Shown here: positions 39,904-49,345 of the stretch, piece by piece
How the letters are laid out: each line of letters starts with the position of its first letter
How positions within the stretch are numbered: the first letter of the stretch is position 1
Assembly: GCA_030059675.1 (NCBI GenBank)
Contig: JANVYQ010000002.1
Span: 18,260 to 82,259, forward strand
Length of the DNA stretch: 64,000 nt
Source: Candidatus Pelearchaeum maunauluense
Lineage (GTDB): Archaea; Thermoproteota; Nitrososphaeria_A; Caldarchaeales; Caldarchaeaceae
Direction: 5' to 3'
Program-made: the position numbers and the translations under genes
The notes under the pieces: model-generated
Database searches by the model: none
What the model was told of the DNA's origin: nothing
Seen by the model: only the letters and a program-made list of their open reading frames with translations

Positions 39904-40424
39904 ATGTTTGAGCTGGTCTTCTACGGCAGGGGAGGACAGGGGTTGTTACTGCCTCTAGGCTCTTGGCTGAAGCTGCCCTGATTGAGGGGAAGTATATCCA
40001 GGCCTTCCCAGAGTTTGGGCCTGAACGCTCAGGCTCGCCAGTCAAGTCTTATGTAAGGATATCCGACCCCATGATAGAGACCCATTCGCTCATCTACAGC
40101 CCAGATATACTAACCGTGATAGACCGTAGGATAGCTTCCTCCCCTAATGTATTCTCGCTCTGCAAGGAGGGTGGTCTTGTGGTGCTTAACTCTGTGGAGG
40201 TGAGGAGTAAGCCGCGTCATGTTAGGTTGGCTCGTGTTGATGCCCGCGGAATAGCGGGCTCGCTGGGAAGTCTTAAGCTGGAGAACACGGCAACCTTGGG
40301 AGCCCTGGCAAGAGCTTCTCGTATAGTAGAGTTGGCAGCCTGGCTAAGGCGTTGGAAAGTAGGTTCGGTGGTGAGGTGCTTGAGAAGAACCTCAAAGCGC
40401 TACATGAAGGCTTTAGGGAGGTGA
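39904..40424 (+). CDS. porG: pyruvate/2-oxoacid:ferredoxin oxidoreductase gamma subunit, interrupted by a -1 frameshift in a GGGG run
   Basis: ATG 39904 encodes MFELVFYGRGGQG and then runs into a stop. The conserved continuation VVTASRLLAEAALIEGKYIQAFPEFGPERSGSPV... is in the -1 frame (ORF 39963..40424). The frames join at cagggg, 39937..39942. Confidence 0.75.
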
Positions 40425-40430
40425 TTATGG

Positions 40431-40727
40431 ATGAGCAGAGCTGAATTAGGTGAAATCCTGCCAGGAGGGGCTATAGCGGAGCCAGGCTCAACCGCCGAGT
40501 TCAAGACAGCAGACTGGAGAAGCAGCAAGCCAGTCTTGATGGATTTGGAGAAATGCACAGGCTGCCCGCTGTGTTGGATATTCTGCCCAGAGCCCGCTAT
40601 AGTTAGGAGAGCAGATGGGAAGATTGAGTTTGACTACTATCACTGTAAGGGCTGCGGCATCTGCGCCGCGGAGTGTCCCCTGAAATTGATTGTTATGGTG
40701 GAGGAGGCTGGTGACGGGGATGGCTAA
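40431..40727 (+). CDS. porD: pyruvate:ferredoxin oxidoreductase delta subunit (2x[4Fe-4S] ferredoxin-like)
   Basis: Two CxxCxxCxxxCP motifs (CTGCPLCWIFCP, CKGCGICAAECP). 98 aa. Confidence 0.85.
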   Translation: MSRAELGEILPGGAIAEPGSTAEFKTADWRSSKPVLMDLEKCTGCPLCWIFCPEPAIVRRADGKIEFDYYHCKGCGICAAECPLKLIVMVEEAGDGDG

Positions 40728-41889
40728 GGCTCTCTCAGGCTCCGAGGCTGTTGCGCTGGCTGTGAAGCAGGCTAACGTGGATGTGGTGGCAGCATACCCG
40801 ATAACGCCGCAGACAATAATAGTAGAACGCCTCGCAGAATACATAAATAACGGCGAGCTGGACGCAGAGTACGTACCCGTAGAGTCGGAGCACTCAGCAC
40901 TCTCAGAATGCGCGGCAGCCAGCATGACTGGAGCAAGGGTATTCACGGCAACGGCAAGCCAGGGACTAGCCCTAATGCATGACATGATGTACATAGCCGC
41001 TGGTCTTAGATGTCCTGTTGTAATGGCTGTAGCGAATAGGGCGTTGTCCGCGCCAATCAACATACACCGCGACCACTCTGATATTATGGGCTCACGCGAC
41101 TCTGGTTGGGTTCAGATATTCGTGGAGAATAATCAGCAGGCCTATGACATGACGCTGGAAGCGTTTAAGCTCGCTGAGGACCATGATATTCTCCTTCCCG
41201 TGACCGTCAATATGGATGGGTTCTTCGTATCCCACGCCGTTGAGGGTGTGGAGACGCTGGACGACTCTAGGGCGGCTGGCTTCCTACCTCCTAGAAAGCC
41301 GCTCCACTACCTAGACGCATCTAAACCCATGTCATTCGGAGCGCTGGCATCTCCAGAATGGTACTACAGGATTAGGCATCAAGTGGTGGAGGCGATGGCG
41401 AGAGTTGAGCAGAAGCTGGAAGAGGTTGAGCGGGAGTATCTGCGTGTGTCTAGAAGGAGCTACGGCGCCCTGGGCTTAAGCCAGGTTGAGAATGCGGAGA
41501 TTGTGATACTGTGTGCGGGTGCTGTTGCTGGTACTGCGCGCACAGCTGCTAGACGGCTGAGGGAGAGAGGCGTGAAGGTTGGCGTAGTGAGCGTGAGGCT
41601 CTACAGGCCATTCCCAGCAGAAAAGATAATCCACGCTATATCCAACGCTGAAGCCCTCTTAGTCATAGACCTAGCCATGAGCCCAGGCGCCCCATCGGCA
41701 CCGCTTGGACAGGATATTAAAGCGGCGCTCTTTGACGCTGGCGTTAGGCTGCCCGTATGGAATGTGGTCTGCGGGCTAGGGGGGAGAGATGTCTCCGAGG
41801 CTGAGATAGAGAAGCTCGCGACAACCCTCGCAGAAAGCACCACAAGCACACCGCGCGAGAGGATAACATACTGGGGTGTAGCTGTATGA
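40690..41889 (+). CDS. porA: pyruvate:ferredoxin oxidoreductase alpha subunit
   Basis: 399 aa. N-terminus GSEAVALAVKQANVDVVAAYPITPQT is typical of PorA. Confidence 0.85.
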   Translation: MLWWRRLVTGMAKALSGSEAVALAVKQANVDVVAAYPITPQTIIVERLAEYINNGELDAEYVPVESEHSALSECAAASMTGARVFTATASQGLALMHDMMYIAAGLRCPVVMAVANRALSAPINIHRDHSDIMGSRDSGWVQIFVENNQQAYDMTLEAFKLAEDHDILLPVTVNMDGFFVSHAVEGVETLDDSRAAGFLPPRKPLHYLDASKPMSFGALASPEWYYRIRHQVVEAMARVEQKLEEVEREYLRVSRRSYGALGLSQVENAEIVILCAGAVAGTARTAARRLRERGVKVGVVSVRLYRPFPAEKIIHAISNAEALLVIDLAMSPGAPSAPLGQDIKAALFDAGVRLPVWNVVCGLGGRDVSEAEIEKLATTLAESTTSTPRERITYWGVAV

Positions 41890-42856
41890 CTGTAGTTAAA
41901 GAGATAGTCTCCGCGAGAGACCTGTATGGAGAGGAGCTTGTGGCACCATGCACATCCTTCGACTACGAGGACTACGAGGTCATAGTAGTGGACGACTCAA
42001 ACGACGAGACGACCAGGAAGCTAGAAGCTTGGAGAGACCATCCCAAGGTTAAGATCATACATAGGAGTTGTAGAGAGAGCTGGAAGGGCACGACTTGAAT
42101 GCAGACGAGAACTGGATAACTAAGGCAACTAACATACTCTTCGCAACAACATACAAAGTCGAGCTAGAGGCGCGGAGTAGACTGAGGCTATTCATACCTT
42201 TGCTGGGAAGCGTATTCATGGTAAGGACAAATATACTGAAGGACTTGAAGTTTGAACATGACATAACAGAGAACTACAACCTCTCGGTGAGGATGTATCT
42301 AAACGGCTATAAAATAGTCTATGACTCGGCCATAGACGCGTCTGGAGAATGTCCATCAAGGCTACATAGGGTTGCTAGACAGGTTGCGAGATGGGCTGAG
42401 GGGACAACGAGGAACTTCAGGAAATATTTCTGGAAGGTGATGAGAAGTAACAAGCTTACCATGAGGGAGAAAGCCGAGTTCATGTTATCGGGGCTCTCAT
42501 ACCTCTCCGCTACCCTACTAGTCTTCGCAGTAATAGGTGGAGTAGTTGTGACGGCCATGATAGATTATGTTCTATCACAGCCACTAACTTACATAAGCGT
42601 CATGCTAGCAACGCTGGGCTTGCCAGCAACCATGATAATGCAAAGCATAGCAATAGCCAAGGAGGGAGAAATCAGAAGACTTACTTGGATACCATACGCT
42701 CTAATACTAGGATACCTAATAGCACCAGTATCGGCATACTACGCTCTAAAGGGACTAATAAGCAACAACGGAGAATTCCACAGAACATACAAGACAGGAC
42801 ACCTAGTAAACCGTAAATCAGCTGAGATAAGGACCTATTTAGAATACCCAAAATGA
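41886..42856 (+). pseudogene. family-2 glycosyltransferase (processive, QxxRW type) split into two ORFs with an internal deletion
   Basis: ORF 41886..42098 has the GT-A start (YEVIVVDDSNDET) and ends after ~70 aa. ORF 42095..42856 resumes at a DAD-like motif and carries QVARW (QxxRW) plus C-terminal TM helices. About 80 aa of the catalytic domain are missing between them. Confidence 0.6.
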
Positions 42857-42931
42857 TAAATAAAGCCATCAGCCATTATAAGTTGCTTCCGTCATGAAGT
42901 CAAAATCCGGCATTTATCAGGTGTAGCCTCC

Positions 42932-43768
42932 ATGGGCGAAGAGGTTACGAAGGCTTACGCAGTAAAGGTCGTCGGCAGGGTGCAGAGGGTTGGCTATAGA
43001 CGCCTCATTCTTGAGGCCGCTCAAGAGCTCGGCTTGGCTGGCTACGTTAAGAACGAGAGAGATGGATCGGTCACGGTCTTCGTTCAAGGCAGTGAGGAGA
43101 ACATAGCGAGATTCCTCAAGTTGATAAAGTCTCCTCCACCGCCTGCCGTAGTCAAGACATTTACGGAGAAGCTAACCAAGCCTAAGCCCCAGCTCAAAGC
43201 CTTCACGATAAAGTTCGGCACAATACAGGAGGAGTTACAGGAGGGCTTTGGCGCCATGCAGAGTATCTTCATGGACTACTGGGGGGAGTTCAGGGATTAC
43301 AGACAAGAGTTCAGAGACTTCAGGCAGGAGTTCAGGGGATTCCTGTCTGACTTCAGCGACTACAGACAGGAATTTAGGGACTTCAGGCAGGAGTTCAGGG
43401 ATTACAGACAAGAGTTCAGAGACTTCAGGCAGGAGTTCAGGGGATTCCTGTCTGACTTCAGCGACTACAGACAGGAATTTAGGGACTTCAGGCAGGAGTT
43501 CAAAGACTTTAGAGAGGAGCTCAGGGATTATAGGCAGGAATTCAAAAGCTTTGCATCGGAGTTTAGAGATTACAGGGAGGAGTTCAGGGAGTTCGCAAAA
43601 AGGACGAACGAGAACTTTAAGCTAATCCTCGAGAAATACGGCGAGATCTCCGATAAGCTAACAGTTATCCTAGACACGCTAGTGAAGGAGTCGAAGGAGA
43701 CTAGGGATAGGCTCGCCGAAGCAATACAGCTACTAAGACAAGCAATAGATAAGATCACTAAGGAATAG
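42932..43768 (+). CDS. acylphosphatase-like domain fused to a Phe-rich heptad-repeat (xFRQEFR) coiled-coil region
   Basis: N-terminus VVGRVQRVGYRRLILEAAQELGLAGYVKNERDGSVTVFVQG matches the acylphosphatase signature. It is followed by ~16 heptads DYRQEFR/DFRQEFR and contains a perfect 2x105-nt tandem duplication (43286..43390 and 43391..43495). Confidence 0.7.
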   Translation: MGEEVTKAYAVKVVGRVQRVGYRRLILEAAQELGLAGYVKNERDGSVTVFVQGSEENIARFLKLIKSPPPPAVVKTFTEKLTKPKPQLKAFTIKFGTIQEELQEGFGAMQSIFMDYWGEFRDYRQEFRDFRQEFRGFLSDFSDYRQEFRDFRQEFRDYRQEFRDFRQEFRGFLSDFSDYRQEFRDFRQEFKDFREELRDYRQEFKSFASEFRDYREEFREFAKRTNENFKLILEKYGEISDKLTVILDTLVKESKETRDRLAEAIQLLRQAIDKITKE

Positions 43769-44099
43769 ACTTATAATGGTACCAATGCAAAAGACCATTA
43801 ACCAATTCTTCAAAAACCACGATAATACATTCTATTATTCCTCAATATTCGGCACGGCCTTGACGTTGCGCTTAATCCCAGAGCTTAAAATTTATCCATT
43901 CCCCATAGGCTATGAAACTATAACGTACTATGCTCCTTTCTTGCAGCACGGCCCGACGAATTTTCAATCCATATTTTGGGATACATTACATACTGAAGGC
44001 CGAGGTGGTCTTAGGGTTCAGCGATTTCTCAGCACTCAAAGTGAGCGCGCCCCTCCTCAGACTTCCTCCTAAGCGATTCTTCCCAGTCTTTATTGGTTT

Positions 44100-44322
44100 T
44101 AACTGGCTCTCCAGTAATGAGGAGATACGAAGATACATTCTACAGGTGCTGGTCAATCCTGATCAAGTCCATTATGATGTTGAGAGAGGTGATGTAAGAT
44201 ATTTCCTGCGTAAGGTTAATGATAGGTTTCTCTGCGTAATAACTGTGGCCACGGAAGCTGTGACCGCATACCTTATGCGCGAGCGCAAGTACTGTAGATA
44301 TAAGGAGAGACGATGGCGCTGA
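44100..44322 (+). CDS. possible DUF4258-like (RelE/ParE-superfamily) small protein; start uncertain
   Basis: The C-terminal part of ORF 43930..44322 (VHYDVERGDVRYFLRKVNDRFLCVITVATEAVTAYLMRE) resembles the DUF4258 pattern that is also seen at 60874..61152. Confidence 0.3.
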
Positions 44323-44492
44323 CGATATTCAGCGAGGCCGAGAAGGTCAAGGAGCTGGTAGAGAGGCTGGAGGAGCAGAAGAAGGAGCTCGAGGAGAAGG
44401 AGAGAAGGCTTGAAGAGGAGAAGTTCCTGGAGATGGCCAGGGCCTTGGAGAGGATGCAGAAGGAGATAGACAGGCTGGCCAGGGGCGGTTGA
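44313..44492 (+). CDS. small charged coiled-coil protein (59 aa)
   Basis: Manual translation gives MALTIFSEAEKVKELVERLEEQKKELEEKERRLEEEKFLEMARALERMQKEIDRLARGG. Its ATG overlaps the preceding stop (ATGGCGCTGA). Confidence 0.4.
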   Translation: MALTIFSEAEKVKELVERLEEQKKELEEKERRLEEEKFLEMARALERMQKEIDRLARGG

Positions 44493-45250
44493 CGCGGCTA
44501 GGGCGTCGCACACATCTTTCCATTACCGCAGCGGTAATCGTTTTTCCTTGCCATTTTTTCACATATTGGGATCGTACCTTCCAAAATCTTGTTCCCACTT
44601 TATGGGTTTTGTTCGGCTAGCCGAAAAGAAATTACGATCGGTCGTAAAATCAAGCTAGCCTTTCCCCTCCTTCTTTGGAGGGGCTATCATCCCCACCTTG
44701 GCCAAGCCTTGAAGTATCTTCGTGTTGTAGTACCTCTGGAGCTGCCCTGGGTGAGCAGGGACATGAGCACGCGGTTGTCCGCTATCATTTCGTCCAGCGC
44801 GCTCTTCAGCTGATATGCTCCCTAGAGTTAAAACGCCAACGATTACGTTTTCACATAATCACTTTTCTTTAGAGCTTCCTCCACCACATCGGGAATCTCC
44901 ACAACCGCTACAGCCTCATACTTCAAAGCCTCACCTCCTACCCCCATCTCTAGGACCGATACTGGATTCACAATTAAGGTTTCCGAAGCATATGGGTGTC
45001 AGGCTAATCGTTCTTCCAGTATGCTTTAACACCTGTTCGCTTGGCAAAGAGCCCCACAACAAGCTCGTCCTAGCACCACCATCGGCGAGGGCATTGTTGG
45101 TAGAATAGTTGTTCCTCGTGCAGGTCAACCTAACTACCACCTTTACAAAACCATAATCTTACCACCATACTTTAGTAGATTTCTACATACGCTGTCTAGG
45201 CATCAACGTTTTATATCCTGGCTTGACCACTATATAGCTGGGGTAGAGCA

Positions 45251-45736
45251 TTGGAAGCGATCATGGTTACGTTGCCTGAGAGGGTTTTGAGGGAGCTGAG
45301 TAAGAAAGCTGAGTCCGAGGGTGGAACTTTGGAGGAGATCCTTAATGAAGCTGTTCTCAACTACTGCGACGTTAGGGATCCTGAGGTTAGGGCTGAGAGC
45401 CACTTAAAGCTTTCCGAGAAGTATCTCAGGGAGTGTGAGGAATTCTTAGCGAGGGGGGATTATGCTCAGGCCTCCGAGAAGGCTTGGGGAGCGGCGTCTC
45501 AGATGGTGAAGGCGATTGCCGCGAGAAGGGGGATGGAGATAAGGAGCCACGGGGAGCTACATAGGTTTGTCAAAAGGCTTAGGGAGGAGTTCAGAGATGA
45601 ACAGGTCTCAACATTTTGGCTATCAGCGGTGTCGCTGCACCAGAACTTCTACGAAAACTGGCTGCCTGAGGATATGGTTAGAGACGGGGTAGAAAACGTT
45701 AAGAAGCTTGTTGAAAGATTAAAGAGGGTTATCTAA
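45251..45736 (+). CDS. RHH (CopG-like) domain fused to PaREP1-family (HEPN-like) domain protein, paralog 1
   Basis: N-terminal MVTLPERVLRELSKKAESEGGTLEEILNEAV is ribbon-helix-helix. C-terminal ...GDYAQASEKAWGAASQMVKAIAARRG...SLHQNFYE is the PaREP1 pattern shared by the five tandem paralogs. A TATA-like CTATATAGC lies upstream. Confidence 0.7.
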   Translation: MEAIMVTLPERVLRELSKKAESEGGTLEEILNEAVLNYCDVRDPEVRAESHLKLSEKYLRECEEFLARGDYAQASEKAWGAASQMVKAIAARRGMEIRSHGELHRFVKRLREEFRDEQVSTFWLSAVSLHQNFYENWLPEDMVRDGVENVKKLVERLKRVI

Positions 45737-46612
45737 CAAATCATCTTAAGAGAATCCATAATAATTTAAGAACCCATAGAGTTACTTGAGAAGAGAAGGC
45801 AATTGCAGTTGCATCTCATTATAATAGAAGAGTTAGGCTCTTCAGGCTTAAAAGGCAGATAATCCTTTTTAACACGTAAGTCAGGCCTAAGTAATGTGTA
45901 GCTCAGGAAGACATTTTGAAAGTATAGATGATTCACGTGCTACTACTGTCAAGCGCTTTCGGAAGGAATAGTCCTATGAGAAAGCCTAAGACAATATAAT
46001 GAATCGAAAGCGTGATGATACGCCAGAGATCTCATAAGCTAAGAAATTCCTTAACTTTATAAGACTCCACATCGATACCACGTTAGGGTACGGATTGCCT
46101 AAGATTTGGCGAATATTAGGAATCGAGATGGAGGCCAAGTATTGGGGTAATAATCTTCATCGGCCTAGGGGTAACAATCGTGTCAACCATCCTCCTTATG
46201 GTGATGCTCACACCGATGGAAATTGACCTAATCATGCTGCTACTAGGGATTACAGGAACTTTCACATCAGCTTTAGCACTCACGATAGATGCAACGAAGG
46301 AGATTCGTCCAAGAACATGTAATAAATAACGTTCAAAACATCAGCAGAACACTCCAGCAACAAACGAAACCCTACAAAGAATCCTTAACACGCTACAGCA
46401 GATACGCGACAAACTATAAAGACTAAAAATAATCAACTCTGCGAGTCATGCTACTAATGTTAGCAAGCGCGACGCCTTCAATATCTATAATGCATTTATA
46501 AATCGACTATGATGTTAGCCAGTTTCTCGGATAGAGTTTATGTAAATCTTTAGGTTAGTTGGATCTACTCATTAGAGGGATAAAGAATAAATGAGGGTTT
46601 ATACCTTTTTTA

Positions 46613-46957
46613 GTGTGGAGAGGGTTGGGTAGGCTTTTAGAGAGAAACGTTAGGATTCTTGGCTTGTCTATGAAGCTGAAGCATTGGATAGCGGTGTTTA
46701 CGTTCCTAATTATAGGGATCTTGGGCTTCCTAACAGCTATACTGTTATCACCGCTCTTACTGGATTTGATAGGCGTAGCCATGGGGATAACGGGTATACT
46801 GCTCAGCTCCCTATCAGCTATATATGGGGCTACGAGCGCGCAGGTTGATACGTTTAGGCATGAATTTAGGGAGTTCAGGAGAGACGTGGTGGATGAGCTA
46901 AGAACGATTAGAATTACTCTAGACGAGGTGCTTAAAGTATTGAGAGGTGGCGGGTGA
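46613..46957 (+). CDS. small membrane protein with C-terminal FRHEFREFRR motif; truncated paralog at 46140..46330
   Basis: Two to three TM helices (LLDLIGVAMGITG) followed by DTFRHEFREFRRDVVDELR, which echoes the xFRQEFR repeats of the 42932 protein. The upstream fragment SIGVIIFIGLGVTIVSTILLMVMLTPMEIDLIMLLLGITGTF lacks an in-frame start codon. Confidence 0.5.
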   Translation: MWRGLGRLLERNVRILGLSMKLKHWIAVFTFLIIGILGFLTAILLSPLLLDLIGVAMGITGILLSSLSAIYGATSAQVDTFRHEFREFRRDVVDELRTIRITLDEVLKVLRGGG

Positions 46958-47024
46958 ATAGTCAGGAAAGGTTAAAGCTTTAAGAATGCCTTAATAACTC
47001 TTAAGAAACTGAGTTAATGGAAGC

Positions 47025-47513
47025 ATGTCTATTGTTCTGGAACTTCCTGATAGGCTATTGGTAAAGCTTAAGGAGTTATCGGATTCTAGGAATATTTCCT
47101 TAGAAGAGGCGATACTTGAGGCTATTTATGAATACGTTGAGGAGATGGATCCTGAGATGAGGTCGGAAATGTATCTTAAGCTATGCGAGAAATACCTTAG
47201 GGATGCTAAGGAGCTATTGTCTAAGGGAGACTATGTGCAGGCTGGTGAGAAGTTATGGGGCGCGGCCGCCCAGATAGTTAAGGCAGTAGCTGCTAGGCGG
47301 GGGATCGTGCTTGATAGCCACGCGAAGCTATGGGACTTCGTAGCCTCACTACGCGTTGAGCTGAACGACCCCGATATAGGCAGGCAATGGTCAGTAGCAA
47401 ACTCGCTGCATAAGAACTTTTACGAAGCTCAGGTCAGCCCTGAGTTAGTCAAGGACTACGCGGAAGACGTTAGAAAATTCGTAGATAAGCTGAAGCTATT
47501 AATAACGAAGTGA
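47025..47513 (+). CDS. RHH-PaREP1 family protein, paralog 2
   Basis: MSIVLELPDRLLVKLKELS... (RHH) followed by GDYVQAGEKLWGAAAQIVKAVAARRG...SLHKNFYE. Confidence 0.7.
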   Translation: MSIVLELPDRLLVKLKELSDSRNISLEEAILEAIYEYVEEMDPEMRSEMYLKLCEKYLRDAKELLSKGDYVQAGEKLWGAAAQIVKAVAARRGIVLDSHAKLWDFVASLRVELNDPDIGRQWSVANSLHKNFYEAQVSPELVKDYAEDVRKFVDKLKLLITK

Positions 47514-47630
47514 CTAAGCATAAATGGAAGATAATACTACTAAATGAGACTAGATGCATATTCAAGCTAACCTGGGAGGGCAAGCAGAGAAATACATTAT
47601 ATAAGGGCACGGAGTTCGTTGAAGTAGGTC

Positions 47631-48138
47631 ATGCCGTCATTCTCCGTAAGTATTCCGGAGAATCTAGCTGAGGGACTTCGTAGCAGGGGCGTCGATATAG
47701 ACTCATATGTAGTTGAGTTAATAATCAGGGAACTGCGATTAGATCCGCGGTCTGAGGCCGAAGCACACCTAGAACTATCTAGACGCTTCTTAAGGGAGGC
47801 TAGCGATCTTCTCAATAGAGATTCCGTCCAAGCTAGCGAGAAGCTGCATAAAGCGGCTGAAGAAGCCGTGAAGGCCCTAGCAGTAGCAATGAGCTTACAG
47901 GACTGATAAACAAGGCTAGGCAAAGGGGTAGATGGACTGTAACGGAGCTTGAGAAGGCCGTCAGAGAGATTTCTAAGACCTTAGGTGAGGATTTTAGGAG
48001 GTGGTGGGATACAGCTTGGGCCCTCCACGTATGGGGTTTCCACGAAGCTAAGCTAGACTTAGAAGCCGTGAACAGCAGGCTAAAGGACATAGAGAATATA
48101 GTTAAGAGCGTGGAGGATTTCATAAGTAAACAAAAGTA
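47631..48138 (+). pseudogene. RHH-PaREP1 family paralog 3, frameshifted near 47905
   Basis: ORF 47631..47906 ends ...AVKALAVAMSLQD*. The family continuation ...WWDTAWALHVWGFHEAKLDLEAVNSRLKDIENIVKSVEDFISKQK is found in the next frame up to 48138. Confidence 0.6.
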
Positions 48139-48283
48139 GTTTCCAAAATTCAAAGACTTGAGAAGTTCTAATTCAAATGAAGTAATAAAGATTGTTTCAA
48201 AGATTTTCTCTTAACAAAAGAAGATCATCTATTCTGGGAAAGAACAAGTATAGGTTTAAGGTTAAAAGAACACATAGACCGTA

Positions 48284-48655
48284 ATGTGCTCTCGGAGAAT
48301 CGTAGTTATTGGTCTAGACTCTGTTCCCTTGTCATTGTTATTTAATGAGCTTAGAGATGAGATGCCGACTATTAAGAGGCTGATCGAGCCCGGTCTTTAC
48401 TCGGTTTTGGAGAGCTGCCATCCACCCATTACTGTCCCTGCTTGGATGGTCATGATGACTAGCAAGAATCCTGGGAGACTTGGCATATACGGGTTTAGGC
48501 ATAGGAGGGGCAGCTCTTATAGTGAGATAAACATAGCTAATTCAACATACGTTAGGAGGGAGATGACTGTATGGGATATCGTCTCGAAGCATGGGAGGAG
48601 GTATGCGCGGCGACTTCTGCATCAACGAGTGGCTTATCAGGCACGCCAGAACTAG
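48284..48655 (+). pseudogene. alkaline-phosphatase-superfamily (nucleotide pyrophosphatase/phosphodiesterase or iPGM-like) N-terminal fragment
   Basis: IVVIGLDSVP...PPITVPAWMVMMTSKNPGRLGIYGF matches the metal-binding N-terminus of AlkP-family enzymes. The ORF stops after 123 aa and is cut off by the next PaREP1 gene. Confidence 0.5.
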
Positions 48656-48789
48656 CAATCTGGACCTTCAAAAACTCAGGCCTAAAATACCTAGCAATAG
48701 GAAACTGCCTCCTAAAAAGGAAGTAACAGGTCAAAGCACATTGAAAAAGCCTAAACACATCTTCGACAACGTTCAAAAAGAGCAAATAC

Positions 48790-49290
48790 ATGAGCATCAC
48801 CGTTCCTAAAGTAATAGTAGAGGAGCTGCGGAGAAGGGCGAAGAGAGCAGGAGCGTCAGTCGATGAATACCTGCTAGACCTTTTAACGAGGGACTCAGAC
48901 CCAGAGGAGGCTTGGAGAAAATACCTAGCAGGGGGCGGAGCAGCTCCTAGATCAGTCCGAGAAGAGCTGGGGAGGGGCGATCTCCGACAAGCGAGCGAGA
49001 AGCTATGGGGAGCGTGCGCGCTAGCGGTAAAAGCACATGCCCTAGCGAAGAAGGCAAAGAAAATAGAATCTCACGCAGAACTCTGGGAATACAAAGACCA
49101 GGTAGCCCAGGAGATAGGTGAGTGGATAAGGCCAGCGTTCAGGCAGGCAAGCCTAATGCACACAAACTTCTACGAAAACCAAGCAACGAAAAAGGACATA
49201 GAGGACGTGCTAAGAGAGGTCAAAAATCTAGTAGAGGCAATATCACAAAAACTGAAGCAGCGACAAACAAGCAATAACAAGCACGGCTAA
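48790..49290 (+). CDS. RHH-PaREP1 family protein, paralog 4
   Basis: MSITVPKVIVEELRRRAKRAGASVDEYLLDLL (RHH) followed by GDLRQASEKLWGACALAVKAHA...AFRQASLMHTNFYE, which contains an R-x5-H HEPN-like motif. Confidence 0.7.
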   Translation: MSITVPKVIVEELRRRAKRAGASVDEYLLDLLTRDSDPEEAWRKYLAGGGAAPRSVREELGRGDLRQASEKLWGACALAVKAHALAKKAKKIESHAELWEYKDQVAQEIGEWIRPAFRQASLMHTNFYENQATKKDIEDVLREVKNLVEAISQKLKQRQTSNNKHG

Positions 49291-49345
49291 AAACCAGACT
49301 ATTTCAGTAAAGCTATAAGCCAGGAGATAAGTGATTGCTTAAGGA

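Noticed and set aside
44500-45250. Possible ncRNA or gene in the low-coding stretch before the first PaREP1 gene
   Set aside because: It contains only a short hairpin (ccattaccgcagcggtaatcg) and short unsupported ORFs. I found no conserved motif, so it is left unannotated.
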